A DNA stretch of 64,000 bases from a bacterium (GTDB lineage: Bacteria; Patescibacteriota; Minisyncoccia; UBA6257; GWB1-50-10): NCBI GenBank assembly GCA_021801565.1, contig JAJYXV010000015.1, positions 91,168-155,167 on the forward strand. The letters run 5' to 3'. Shown in pieces: positions 1-10,029 of the stretch. Under the pieces are notes generated by a model, which saw nothing but the letters and a program-made list of their open reading frames with translations, was not told where the DNA came from and did not search any database. The position numbers and the translations under genes were made by a program. The stretch's first letter is position 1. The number at the start of each line of letters is the position of its first letter.

Positions 1-2
1 AA

Positions 3-1076
3 GAAAAAAATGAGTTAAATCAACAACTTCCGCTTGAACTCAAAGTTGATCCAAAAACAAACCTGAATCCAAGGTATACACTTGAGTCATTTATTGTTGG
101 TTCGTCAAACGAGCTTGCATATGCGGCAATACAAGCGGTAATAAAAGATGTTGGAAAAAAATATAATCCTCTTTTTGTGTACGGTGGTGTTGGTCTTGGA
201 AAAACCCACCTTATTCAGGGAGCAGGAAACGAAATTATAAAACACTATCAAAAAAACATTGCGGTGTTATATGTAACATCGGAAAAATTTCTGAACGATG
301 TTGTCTCTGGAATCAGAAATAAAAGAATTGATGATATGAAAAAAAAATACAGAGACGTTGATGTTCTTATTATCGATGATATTCAATTTATCGGGGGAAA
401 AGCAACAACCGAACAAGAATTTTTTCATACATTCAATGCGCTTTATGAAAACAACAAACAAATTATTATTTCATCGGACAGGCCGCCATCTGCCATCCCC
501 ACACTTGAAGAGCGTTTGCGTTCACGGTTTGAGGGTGGGATGATCGCTGATATTAGCTATCCGGATTATGAGATGCGTCTTGCAATTTTGAAAACAAAAA
601 CACAAAAAAAAGGTGTTATTATTGAGGATAAAATACTTGAACACATCGCATCAAAAGTACAAAAAAACATAAGGGAGTTGGAGGGTGTGTTAAATAAGGT
701 GGTGTTTTATATACAACACAAAAATGGGATTGATGGTAAAAAGCTTGATGATATTATAAATGAAACCACACAAACAATATCAAAAAACATCACTGTGCAG
801 GAAATTATCAAGACAGTAGCTGATTTTTTTGAGGTTCCACAAGTTGATCTCACTGATAGAAGTAGAAAAAAGGAGGTTGTAGAACCCCGTCAAATTGCGA
901 TGTACCTTCTCCGAGATATATTAAAGCTTTCATATCCTCATATTGGAGAAAAGCTAGGAAAGAGAGATCACACCACCGCAATACACGCGTGTGAAAAAAT
1001 AGAAAAAGAAATAAATAAAAACCAGCAATTTAATCAAAAAATAATGCTTATAAAAGAACGATTGTATAAGTCGTAG
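3..1076 (+). CDS. dnaA: Chromosomal replication initiator DnaA (5'-truncated by window edge)
   Basis: Frame open from nt 3 (LNPRYTLESFIVGSSNELAYAA); Walker A GGVGLGKTHL, Walker B LIIDDIQF, domain IV PRQIAMYL/RDHTT. Confidence 0.98.
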   Translation, partial: EKNELNQQLPLELKVDPKTNLNPRYTLESFIVGSSNELAYAAIQAVIKDVGKKYNPLFVYGGVGLGKTHLIQGAGNEIIKHYQKNIAVLYVTSEKFLNDVVSGIRNKRIDDMKKKYRDVDVLIIDDIQFIGGKATTEQEFFHTFNALYENNKQIIISSDRPPSAIPTLEERLRSRFEGGMIADISYPDYEMRLAILKTKTQKKGVIIEDKILEHIASKVQKNIRELEGVLNKVVFYIQHKNGIDGKKLDDIINETTQTISKNITVQEIIKTVADFFEVPQVDLTDRSRKKEVVEPRQIAMYLLRDILKLSYPHIGEKLGKRDHTTAIHACEKIEKEINKNQQFNQKIMLIKERLYKS

Positions 1077-1282
1077 AAAATCTGTGTATAAAAATTTATT
1101 AATGTGGGTTTTTTGTGTATAAAAACAAAAATAAATAAATAAATTTCCCGTACGAAAAATTTATCCACAGTAAGTTGTGTATAAAAAAACAATAGAGAGC
1201 GTTACATTATTGAGATATCCACATATTCACACCCCTACTATTACTACTATTCTTATAATAAAAAATAATTGATAATAATAAT
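1077..1282. promoter_or_regulatory. Replication origin oriC (DnaA boxes, DnaA-trio, AT-rich DUE)
   Basis: TTATCCACA 1161-1169; TGTGTATAA at 1083, 1114 and 1176; ATATCCACA 1215; then CCCCTACTATTACTACTAT and an AT-rich tract, all between dnaA and dnaN. Confidence 0.9.
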
Positions 1283-2398
1283 ATGAAACTTATTGTATTA
1301 AGAAATAAATTACTAGAAGCTCTTAGTGTGGTTGATCGCGCAGTCGGAGAAAACTCAAATCTCCCAATTTTAAAATGTGTATATATACGTACAGATGATA
1401 ATAAAATTATATTTACAACAACAAATTTAGAACTAGCAATTACACACGTTTCTTCTGGAAAAATAATAGAAAACGGCGAAGTTGCAATACCCCTTCACCT
1501 TTTTAACACTATTGTTAAAAACATAACATCTGAACGTATTACATTGGAATCAAAAGGAAAAAAGCTTTTTATTGAAACAGATAACTATGAAGCATTTGTG
1601 CAAACACAAGAAATAAAAGAATTTCCAATTATTCCATCAATTCATAACAAAAATCAAAGCTTACAAATAAATTCAAAAACACTCGTAGAAACAATTGAAG
1701 ATGTTATTGTTGCAACACAATATTCAGAAATACGACCAGAAATCAGTGGAATATTTATGGGGGTCGAGGAGTATGGTATAACTTATGCAGGAACAGATAG
1801 TTTTCGGCTCGCAGAGAAGAAAATAGATTCTGGAATAATAAAATCAACATTTATAGAATCGGTTAAATGTATTATTCCACTAAAAACATCAGAAGAAGTA
1901 TTAAAAATTCTTCATAATCAAGAAGAAGGAGATGTTTCTATTTTTATAGATCCAACACAAATATTATTTAAAACACAGAGTGTCGAGATAATATCACGCC
2001 TTATTGACGGAAATTTTCCCGACTATCAATCGATTATTCCAAAACAAACACAAGCAGAGGTAATTGTTCCACGGCAGGAATTTTTAAGCGCAATAAGACT
2101 TACTAGTTCGTTTTCTGGGAGGGGAAATGATATTACCCTCACTGTTGGAGAGAATAAAAAATATATTGAATTATTTTCATCGGATAATGCACTTGGAGAA
2201 AATAGATGTAAAGTACCAGTTCACTTAAAAGGGGAACGCTTTACTTTGGTATTTAATTGGAAATATTTATCCGACGGATTTAAGATATTTAAAAGCGACG
2301 AACTTATTATAGGAATGACAACCCCAGATAGGCCCGTGGTTATAAAAAACCAAACCGATCCATCGCTTATATATGTTGCAATGCCCATAAAAAATTAA
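1283..2398 (+). CDS. dnaN: DNA polymerase III beta clamp
   Basis: 371 aa; NLPIL, TDSFRL, SRLIDGNFPDY and C-terminal MPI motifs; follows dnaA. Confidence 0.97.
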   Translation: MKLIVLRNKLLEALSVVDRAVGENSNLPILKCVYIRTDDNKIIFTTTNLELAITHVSSGKIIENGEVAIPLHLFNTIVKNITSERITLESKGKKLFIETDNYEAFVQTQEIKEFPIIPSIHNKNQSLQINSKTLVETIEDVIVATQYSEIRPEISGIFMGVEEYGITYAGTDSFRLAEKKIDSGIIKSTFIESVKCIIPLKTSEEVLKILHNQEEGDVSIFIDPTQILFKTQSVEIISRLIDGNFPDYQSIIPKQTQAEVIVPRQEFLSAIRLTSSFSGRGNDITLTVGENKKYIELFSSDNALGENRCKVPVHLKGERFTLVFNWKYLSDGFKIFKSDELIIGMTTPDRPVVIKNQTDPSLIYVAMPIKN

Positions 2399-2431
2399 CC
2401 CACCCTCACCACTTAAAAGGCGATACAGAAT

Positions 2432-4921
2432 CTATTTTTTATAAACAATAAATCGCGATTGAGTAACCGATCCAGATGAGTCGGTTACTTTTATCTCAAA
2501 AAGGTTTTGTGGGTCAAGTGTGGTATTGAAATAGTATTGATATTTATACACTACACCCTCTATATCAAAACCATTTATAAGACGATCGTTTATAAAAAGT
2601 TCAATTCTTTTCAGTTCTTTATTTTTTCCCGCCCGTATATTCGCTTGTATAATAAACGGAGAGGAAAGAAAATCGCCATTTTTTGGATAAGTAGTATTTA
2701 TTGTTGTTTTTTCATTCGTTTCGACCCCCGCACCACTTACGTTAGTGTTTTCGCGATCTGAAGAAAACGAAACATCTCCAGAAATTGATTGATTCCATAA
2801 ATAAGAATCGGGTATATGTGTATGTGCCCAATTTAATACCCCAGTTTCCCAGTTTTTAAACTGCGGATCATTCGCGGGATTTTCTGGTCTCGGGCCAAGG
2901 GGATTTTCTTTATCAATGTAATACAAAATTGAATGTATTTGTGGATATGTCTTTCCTTGGATTATTGGTTTCCATATATATTCCCCGTTTATCATTGGTT
3001 TTGGTGTATAAGGAATTGGGTCTGGTTTTGTAAATGTTTCTGGTTCGTATTTTTTTATAACATCTCGTAAAAACAAGTTCCAAATAGGAACCGCAGCGAG
3101 AATACTACTTCCTTGTCGTATCATGGGTGTGTTGTCGTTATTTCCGGCCCAAGCACCCACAACGAGAAATGGAGTATACCCAACAACCCACGCGTCTCTG
3201 TGGTCACCAGATGTTCCTGTTTTCAATGCCACATCGTACCCATCATAAACAGTGAGAGGAAGAGAACTTCCAAAAATTGGTGCACGGAGCTCTGGTGTTG
3301 AAAGAATTTGTGTAACAAGCCGTATTGACTGTGTGTCGTCAAACACCCTTTTTGTATTATCTGTATATTCTTCTAATACATTTCCCTCCGTGTCTTCTAT
3401 TTTTAAAATAAACACCTGTTCATGTCTCACCCCCTCTTGTGAAAGAGTTCCATATGTGTTTACAAGATCAATCAGTTTTACTTCTCCTCCGCCAAGAACC
3501 AAGGATAGACCGTATCTCCACGTTTCTTTAAGTGTGCTGATACCGAAATCATGAAGTGTTTTTAACGAATCATCCATTCCGGCGAGATATAATAATTTTA
3601 CAGCGGGAATGTTAAATGATTGTGCAAGGGCATTTTCAAGCGTGACGGGTCCGTGTTCTTTTTCATCGAAGTTTTGCGGACGATAACTTGTTTCTGGGGA
3701 ATCTCTTAAGTCAAATTCAGTATTCACATCAAAAAGGACTGTTTTGGGAGAATATCCCTTGTGAAATGCGGTGAGATATACAAATGGTTTTAGTGCGGAT
3801 CCTGGTTGTCTTAATCCTTGCGCCGCAACATTAAAATTTCCATCATTCTTTGTATCAAAGTAATCCCTAGAGCCCACCAAGGCCAAAACTTGACCTGTTT
3901 TTGGGTCTTCTGCAACCAACGCCGCATTGTTAGCGCCATACATTTTTTCGTTGTTTTTAGAGCCTTCTAGAACCGCTTTTTCGGCAGTTTCTTGCATATT
4001 CCAATCAAGCGTAGTGATAACCTTAAGACCACCGTTATTCACCAACTCCTCCCCATATTTATTTATGAGATAGTCCTTTACCATAAGAGAGAAATGAGGC
4101 GCTTTTATTGACCCCAAAGAGGGGGGAGAAAAAACTATTTCTTTCTTCTTTATTTTTTCTACGCTCTGTTTTTCTATAAAACCAAGTTCAGCCATTCTAT
4201 CTAAAACGTAATTTTTTCTATCAATTAAATCTTTTGTGTGAGATCCCCATGGAGAAAAATAACTCGGAGCTTTTAACATGCTTGCAAGTACAGCGGCCTC
4301 CTCTGGAGAAACGTTTCGAATTGATTTTCCAAAATATGTTTGACTTGCCGCCTCAACCCCATACGCGTTTGATCCATATGGTATTTGATTGAGGTAAAAA
4401 TAAAAAATTTGATCTTTCGAATATTTTGATTCGAGTTCTAGTGCGAGAACAAGTTCTTTTATTTTACGCGCGATTGTTTTTTCCGAGCTTAAAAAAATAT
4501 TTTTTGCCAATTGCTGAGTGATGGTTGATCCACCTTGCGCCACCTTTCCTTCCCGTAAATTTGTGTAGAGAGCCCTTAGAATTGCTTTCCAATCAAAGGC
4601 TGGTTGATTGTAAAAATCCGCATCTTCAGCTGCGAGCGTCGCCTTTTTTACCACATCGGGAATTTCTTCAAATGGAATAACAGTTCTTTTCTCCTCCCCG
4701 TGTATTTCATAAAGGACCACCCCGCCGGTTTTATCGTAAATCTTGGTTGATTGATTCGCTCTTCGAACATTAAATTGCTCCGGAGAGGGAAGGGTTTGTA
4801 TGAGAATTGCAACATATAAAGAACCAACAACCAGAAGCCCAAAAGATCCAAATATAAAAATAGACCAAAATGTTTTGGCAAACGATTTGTTTTTTGTTCC
4901 TACACGCCTTTTTTTGATCAT
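2432..4921 (-). CDS. Class A penicillin-binding protein (transglycosylase/transpeptidase) with C-terminal Ig-like domain
   Basis: AAEDADFY, GGSTITQQLAKN, SxxK (GSALKP), SFN and KTG motifs. Confidence 0.95.
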   Translation of the reverse strand: MIKKRRVGTKNKSFAKTFWSIFIFGSFGLLVVGSLYVAILIQTLPSPEQFNVRRANQSTKIYDKTGGVVLYEIHGEEKRTVIPFEEIPDVVKKATLAAEDADFYNQPAFDWKAILRALYTNLREGKVAQGGSTITQQLAKNIFLSSEKTIARKIKELVLALELESKYSKDQIFYFYLNQIPYGSNAYGVEAASQTYFGKSIRNVSPEEAAVLASMLKAPSYFSPWGSHTKDLIDRKNYVLDRMAELGFIEKQSVEKIKKKEIVFSPPSLGSIKAPHFSLMVKDYLINKYGEELVNNGGLKVITTLDWNMQETAEKAVLEGSKNNEKMYGANNAALVAEDPKTGQVLALVGSRDYFDTKNDGNFNVAAQGLRQPGSALKPFVYLTAFHKGYSPKTVLFDVNTEFDLRDSPETSYRPQNFDEKEHGPVTLENALAQSFNIPAVKLLYLAGMDDSLKTLHDFGISTLKETWRYGLSLVLGGGEVKLIDLVNTYGTLSQEGVRHEQVFILKIEDTEGNVLEEYTDNTKRVFDDTQSIRLVTQILSTPELRAPIFGSSLPLTVYDGYDVALKTGTSGDHRDAWVVGYTPFLVVGAWAGNNDNTPMIRQGSSILAAVPIWNLFLRDVIKKYEPETFTKPDPIPYTPKPMINGEYIWKPIIQGKTYPQIHSILYYIDKENPLGPRPENPANDPQFKNWETGVLNWAHTHIPDSYLWNQSISGDVSFSSDRENTNVSGAGVETNEKTTINTTYPKNGDFLSSPFIIQANIRAGKNKELKRIELFINDRLINGFDIEGVVYKYQYYFNTTLDPQNLFEIKVTDSSGSVTQSRFIVYKK

Positions 4922-4957
4922 ATTCTTACCTTCTCATTTTATAGTTTTTGTTTTGAT

Positions 4958-4997
4958 AATAACATCCCGCCCGCCAATTGGCGGGCGGGATGTTATT
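4958..4997. terminator. Perfect 40-bp palindrome, probable terminator of the small acidic ORF
   Basis: AATAACATCCCGCCCGCCAATTGGCGGGCGGGATGTTATT is its own reverse complement and lies 11 nt past the stop at 5009. Confidence 0.65.
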
Positions 4998-5008
4998 TTG
5001 TTGTGTAT

Positions 5009-5155
5009 TTAATAATTTTCTTCCCCTTCTTCATCTCCGAGAAAATCTTTTGTCTCATCCTCTTTCTCTGTGTATTTTTCTTCATCTGTTGCGGCGTAGT
5101 CAACCTCTTCGTCATCTTCCTCTACAAAAATATCGGGGTCTGTCGTTTTTTTCAT
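5009..5155 (-). CDS. Small very acidic protein (48 aa), not in the ORF track
   Basis: MKKTTDPDIFVEEDDEEVDYAATDEEKYTEKEDETKDFLGDEEGEENY; upstream TTGACT-17-TATTAT promoter (5255-5227) and downstream hairpin. Confidence 0.7.
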   Translation of the reverse strand: MKKTTDPDIFVEEDDEEVDYAATDEEKYTEKEDETKDFLGDEEGEENY

Positions 5156-5255
5156 CTTCTTCAATAATTTTTAATTTATTCACGCTTAAACGACCTTTTA
5201 AAGCGTGTATAACGCATGCGGTAGGGATAATATAGCGACTATAAACAGAAGTCAA

Positions 5256-5335
5256 CCCCGCTAGAAACAACTTATTTGTCTGGTTTTTTCACTTAAAAAC
5301 ATATTAATGATTTATGGGTGGGATTTCTGACGTGG
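5256..5335. mobile_element. Degenerate CCCCGTTAGA-family MITE-like element (80 bp)
   Basis: Ends CCCCGCTAGAAA...TTTCTGACGTGG with flanks TCAA/TTAA; subterminal similarity to the copy at 58091. Confidence 0.6.
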
Positions 5336-5812
5336 TTAATATTTTTTTATGTAACACGCGGCGATAGCAATGGCAAGCGCATCTGTTGCATCATCGATAA
5401 TTTTTTTTGTGTTTATACTAAGAAGAGCTCCCACCATGTGTGCAACATGTTCTTTTGTTGCCCTTCCGTGTCCAGCAACAGATAATTTTATTTCCGGTGG
5501 AGAAAATTCTATATAAGGGACGCCGTGTTCTGTAATGGTTTTTAATATTACTCCCCGCGCCTGGCTTACCGAAAGCGCTGTTTTTTGATTTGTAGAAAAA
5601 TAAAGAGTTTCAATTCCGGCGATATCTGGTTTCCTTTTTTTTAAGATATTTTCTATTTCTTTTTCTAATACACACAAGCGCTCCCCGTCATTTTTATATT
5701 TTTTTTGTAATGGCAAAATACCACTTTCAATGTGTGTTAACACACCCCCGTGTTTCTTTATTATGCCGATTCCTATGCGAGTTGTTCCTGGATCGATTCC
5801 TAAAATAATCAT
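5336..5812 (-). CDS. ruvC: Holliday junction resolvase RuvC
   Basis: ILGIDPG, QARGV and DDATDALAIA motifs. Confidence 0.96.
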   Translation of the reverse strand: MIILGIDPGTTRIGIGIIKKHGGVLTHIESGILPLQKKYKNDGERLCVLEKEIENILKKRKPDIAGIETLYFSTNQKTALSVSQARGVILKTITEHGVPYIEFSPPEIKLSVAGHGRATKEHVAHMVGALLSINTKKIIDDATDALAIAIAACYIKKY

Positions 5813-5843
5813 AGTGTGAAGAATAATTTAAAAAACAAACACA

Positions 5844-7187
5844 CTAAGATATGTTTTTGAATATAGACGAATCGTCGTCTACGGAAATATTTTTTATTGG
5901 AAGGGTAAACCAAAACGTAGTACCTCGTCCGACGCGGGAATCAAACCCAACGTCTCCCCCGTGTCTTTTAATAATATTTTGTGTGATAAAAAGGCCAAGC
6001 CCGTTTCCGTTTGGTTCGATTTGTGCAGCGTTTGTTGCGCGGTAAAATTTTTTAAATATTTTTTCCCTCTCGTTTTCAGGAATACCAACCCCAGAGTCTT
6101 GAACAGATATTTTTATGACGTTTTCATTTTTTTCGAGCACAACAGAAACAAGTCCTTGTTCTGTATTATATTTCACCGCATTATCAATCAAATTAAAAAG
6201 CGCAAGACCTAGCCGATCCGGGTCGATGGTGATATATAACTCATTGATATTTTTATGGATAAACGTGATTTGTGAAGAGTGTTGACGAGCGAATGGGAGG
6301 ACTGCATCTATAACCCCCTTTATAAAAACAATAATATCTACACTCTTGAAGGAATACCCAAATTTTCCTTCTTCTATTTTTGCGACATCAAGAAGATCAT
6401 TTGTTATTTTTAACGTTCTTTCAGACACCCCAAATGCCTCAAGAGCGATTTTGTGTATTTCTGGCGATGAGTCTTCGGAGAATTTTAATATGTTTTCAAG
6501 TGCCCAGTTAAGTGCGGTAAGGGGGGTTCTTAGTTGGTGAGCGGCGGTATTGATAAATTCATTTTTACTTTGTAATATTGCTTGTTCTCGTGTTTCGTCT
6601 TTTATTAATTTAAGAAAACAAGAGATTTCTCCGTTTTTATCAATAATTCTATTTAGAACGGTGTAGAATTTTTTGTTTTGGTCATCGATAAAAATTTCCG
6701 TGATTTGTGGCCACGCATTGGTTTCAGAAAGTTGTGCGATCGAAGATGCGAGTGAGGGGAATATCACCTGTGTAAGAGACTTGAATTTTTCGATTTGACT
6801 GAGTTTTGGTTCAATGGTTTTTCCAATAATATCGTTTCTGGAAATGGAAAAAATCTCTTCTGCCGCAGGATTAAATTCCATCACCTTAAATTGAGGAGAA
6901 TAAATGACAAGACCGTCTTTTAAGTTTTCTATAATTGCCGATAATTTTCCCTGGTCGGATGAATCGTTGGTTGAACGTTTTGCGGAACCGGATCCCAATA
7001 CAACAACAAGCGTAACGGAGAAAAAAATCAGCGCCCACACAAGAAACAAGAGAAGTGGTTGGGTTTCAAGTAGCACATGAACAACTCCGACAATAATGGC
7101 AAAAAGAAAAAACAAAAACACAAAAACCGACATTTTTGTTCCGACGCCCCCCTTTGTTTTCCAGAAGGAAGAAAATATATTATTCAT
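5844..7187 (-). CDS. Membrane PAS-domain sensor histidine kinase
   Basis: Two TM helices, PAS (FNPAAEEIF), H-box HQLRTPL, NLIDNAVKY, DSGVG, GLGL. Confidence 0.92.
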   Translation of the reverse strand: MNNIFSSFWKTKGGVGTKMSVFVFLFFLFAIIVGVVHVLLETQPLLLFLVWALIFFSVTLVVVLGSGSAKRSTNDSSDQGKLSAIIENLKDGLVIYSPQFKVMEFNPAAEEIFSISRNDIIGKTIEPKLSQIEKFKSLTQVIFPSLASSIAQLSETNAWPQITEIFIDDQNKKFYTVLNRIIDKNGEISCFLKLIKDETREQAILQSKNEFINTAAHQLRTPLTALNWALENILKFSEDSSPEIHKIALEAFGVSERTLKITNDLLDVAKIEEGKFGYSFKSVDIIVFIKGVIDAVLPFARQHSSQITFIHKNINELYITIDPDRLGLALFNLIDNAVKYNTEQGLVSVVLEKNENVIKISVQDSGVGIPENEREKIFKKFYRATNAAQIEPNGNGLGLFITQNIIKRHGGDVGFDSRVGRGTTFWFTLPIKNISVDDDSSIFKNIS

Positions 7188-9576
7188 ATTTTTTCATATT
7201 TCCCCAATCTCTTCCCATCTTTACTTCTACTACAAGCGGGACCAAAAGAGACAGTGGGTGCTCCATAATGTCTCTTATTGGAGATATAATATTTTTTAGA
7301 ATATCATTATGAACTTCGAATATCAATTCATCGTGTATGGTGAGAATAAGACGCGCCGCGCTCCCGTATTTATTTGTGTCAATAAATTTTTGAGATGCAA
7401 TCATGGCGAGTTTCATTATATCAGCCCCTAAACTTTGTACGGGCATATTTATAGCCGCTCGTTCCATTTCAGAAATAATTTTTTTGTTCTGTATTCCTGT
7501 CGGAAATATCCTCATACGCCCCATCTCGTTTCTTATAACCCCCCCCATCCGTATTTCGGCCCGCATTTTTTCCTGCCATTCTCTCACTTTTGGAAAATCA
7601 AAGAAATATTCGTTAATGAAACGCCTCGCATCATCAAAAGAAAGACCACTTGTTGCAGAAAAAGCTCGTGGTCCCATACCGTACACAACCCCAAAGTTCA
7701 GTGTTTTTGCGATCCGCCGCAAATCCGGTCCGACCGCCGATTCTTCTATATTAAATATTTGTGCAGCGGTTGTATTGTGAATATCCTTTTTATTGAGAAA
7801 AGCAGATATCATTTTTTTGTCTTTTGAAATATGAGCGAGGAGTCGGAGTTCAAGTTGTGAATAATCGAACGAAACCAAGGAAAAACCATCCTCGGCGACA
7901 AATGCTCCACGCAATTCTTTTGACCATTTTGATTCTTGTGGAATGTTTTGGAGGTTTGGTTTTTCAGAAGAAAGTCGTCCTGTTGCTGTTCCTGTTTGCG
8001 AATATGTGGTGTGTATTCGATGGTGTTTGTCTGCTCGCACATATTCAAGAAGCGGAGAAACATATGTAGAGAGAATTTTCATGTTTTCTCTGTGTGCGAG
8101 AATATATTTAATTATTGGATGTTTGTCTTTGAGTCCAAAAAGCACCGACTCCGCTGTTGAGTTCATCCCTGTTTTTGTTTTGTGTTTTCCCCCCTCTTTT
8201 ATCTGGAGTTTTGAAAAAAGAATATCAGCAACTTGTCGCGGGGAATTAATATTAAACCGTTCCTTTGCAAACTCAAATATTTTTTCTTCTGTTTCTTCTA
8301 TCTCCTTTTTTATTTTTTTCTCGAGTTGGATAAGTGTATGTTCTTTACACAACACCCCACATAGTTCCATTTTTGCAAGAATAGGAATGAGTGGCATTTC
8401 TACTCCGTAAAAGATTTTTTCAAGTTTGTATTTTTTTATATTTTCACTTAATACACCATATAATTGATGGGTTATTTGGCCGGATGCGGTGGTTTTGAGA
8501 AACCTTTGTGATATATCGTCAATTGAAAACCTGCTCTTGTCTGGATCAAGAAGCCACGCTGCTACTTTTATATCAAAGACTTTATTGGGTGGAACCGAAT
8601 CATTTTTTTTCTGCTCTATCTCTTTTTTCCAATCATAGACAACTAGAATATTTTTATCAATTGTTATTGTCTTTTGTTTGTTGTCCTCCCCATTTTTTTC
8701 ATTATTTTTTTTATTTAATCCGAGTCTTTTTATGAGACTGTCAAATCCGAGATGATTGAAATATTTTTCAAGATCGTTTGTATTTGGTGCCACGTATCTT
8801 GTTTTGTCGAGCAATACATCCATTGGCACGTCTTTTTTTATGGTTGCAAGATCTTTAGAAAGAAGCGCCATTTTTTTATGTTCGGCTATTTTTTTGAATA
8901 ACGGATTTTTTTCATCAATTGATTTATATATATTTTCTACAGTTCCATATTTTGAAATAAGCTGAACCGCTGTTTTTGGACCAACATTAGGAATTCCGGG
9001 TATATTGTCTGACGGATCTCCGACAAGCCCCTTATAATCGGGAACATGCTCTACGGTGACGCCGAGGCGTTCAAACACTGCATTTTCATCATAAACCACA
9101 ACATCGTTTATCCCTCTTTTAAACGTTTCCACCTCCACTCGTCCATTTTTTACAAGCTGAAGCGTATCGAGATCTCCTGTGAGTATGGTGATAAACACAT
9201 CGCTTTCTTTGCTGAATTTTTCCGAGAACGTGCCGATAATATCATCGCCCTCGTATCCGGGAATTTCTGACACATATATGCCAAATTTTTTGAAAAGTTC
9301 CCGCGATTCTTTGAGTTGAGAAATAAGTTCATCTGGTGCTTTTGGGCGATGAGCCTTATATGCTTCATATTGTTCTTTTCGAAACGTTGGTTCCGGACGG
9401 TCAAACGCAGCGATTACATAATCTGGCGATTTTTCTTTTAGTACTTTGAGTAGTGTGCTGGCAACACCATAAAGCGCGCCTGTTGGTGTTCCATTTGGCG
9501 CAGTGAGGGGAGGAAGGGCATGAAACGATCGATGGATAAGCGAGTGGGCGTCAATAAGAAGAATTTTTTTTATCAT
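7180..9576 (-). CDS. polA: DNA polymerase I (reduced 3'-5' exonuclease region)
   Basis: 5'-3' exonuclease N-terminus; TGRLSS, DYSQLELR and IHDEL motifs. Confidence 0.97.
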   Translation of the reverse strand: MIKKILLIDAHSLIHRSFHALPPLTAPNGTPTGALYGVASTLLKVLKEKSPDYVIAAFDRPEPTFRKEQYEAYKAHRPKAPDELISQLKESRELFKKFGIYVSEIPGYEGDDIIGTFSEKFSKESDVFITILTGDLDTLQLVKNGRVEVETFKRGINDVVVYDENAVFERLGVTVEHVPDYKGLVGDPSDNIPGIPNVGPKTAVQLISKYGTVENIYKSIDEKNPLFKKIAEHKKMALLSKDLATIKKDVPMDVLLDKTRYVAPNTNDLEKYFNHLGFDSLIKRLGLNKKNNEKNGEDNKQKTITIDKNILVVYDWKKEIEQKKNDSVPPNKVFDIKVAAWLLDPDKSRFSIDDISQRFLKTTASGQITHQLYGVLSENIKKYKLEKIFYGVEMPLIPILAKMELCGVLCKEHTLIQLEKKIKKEIEETEEKIFEFAKERFNINSPRQVADILFSKLQIKEGGKHKTKTGMNSTAESVLFGLKDKHPIIKYILAHRENMKILSTYVSPLLEYVRADKHHRIHTTYSQTGTATGRLSSEKPNLQNIPQESKWSKELRGAFVAEDGFSLVSFDYSQLELRLLAHISKDKKMISAFLNKKDIHNTTAAQIFNIEESAVGPDLRRIAKTLNFGVVYGMGPRAFSATSGLSFDDARRFINEYFFDFPKVREWQEKMRAEIRMGGVIRNEMGRMRIFPTGIQNKKIISEMERAAINMPVQSLGADIMKLAMIASQKFIDTNKYGSAARLILTIHDELIFEVHNDILKNIISPIRDIMEHPLSLLVPLVVEVKMGRDWGNMKKYE

Positions 9577-9581
9577 AGCTG

Positions 9582-10025
9582 TTATTTTTTAATTGTAATA
9601 TATCGCTCGTTCTTTTTTTGTCCATGTGTAAAGAAAACCCAGATTGCTTTTTTATTGATTGCTTTTTTTATAAGATCGGCCCACTCGATAACAACAATGT
9701 TTTCGTCATTTGATATCTCTTTTTCAAACCCCACACCAGATAGTTCACTTATTTTTTTTATGCGATATGCATCCATGTGTATGAATGATGAAAAATTATT
9801 TTTGTTAATTTTATATTTTTTTTGGATAAGAAACGTTGGGCTTGTAATTGTCGACCGCACCCCCAGTGTTTTTGCCAGACTTTTTACAAATGTTGTTTTT
9901 CCACTCCCTAATTCTCCTACGAGTCCTATCACCACCGTTTTTTTATGCATATCACGCAATATCTGAGAAATCAGACCTTGCGCTATTTTCTTTGTGTCGG
10001 TGGGAGAAAAAACGTGAAACTTCAT
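9582..10025 (-). CDS. tsaE: tRNA threonylcarbamoyladenosine ATPase TsaE
   Basis: GELGSGKTTF, SPTF, HMDAYR, IEWAD. Confidence 0.95.
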   Translation of the reverse strand: MKFHVFSPTDTKKIAQGLISQILRDMHKKTVVIGLVGELGSGKTTFVKSLAKTLGVRSTITSPTFLIQKKYKINKNNFSSFIHMDAYRIKKISELSGVGFEKEISNDENIVVIEWADLIKKAINKKAIWVFFTHGQKKNERYITIKK

Positions 10026-10029
10026 TTAT

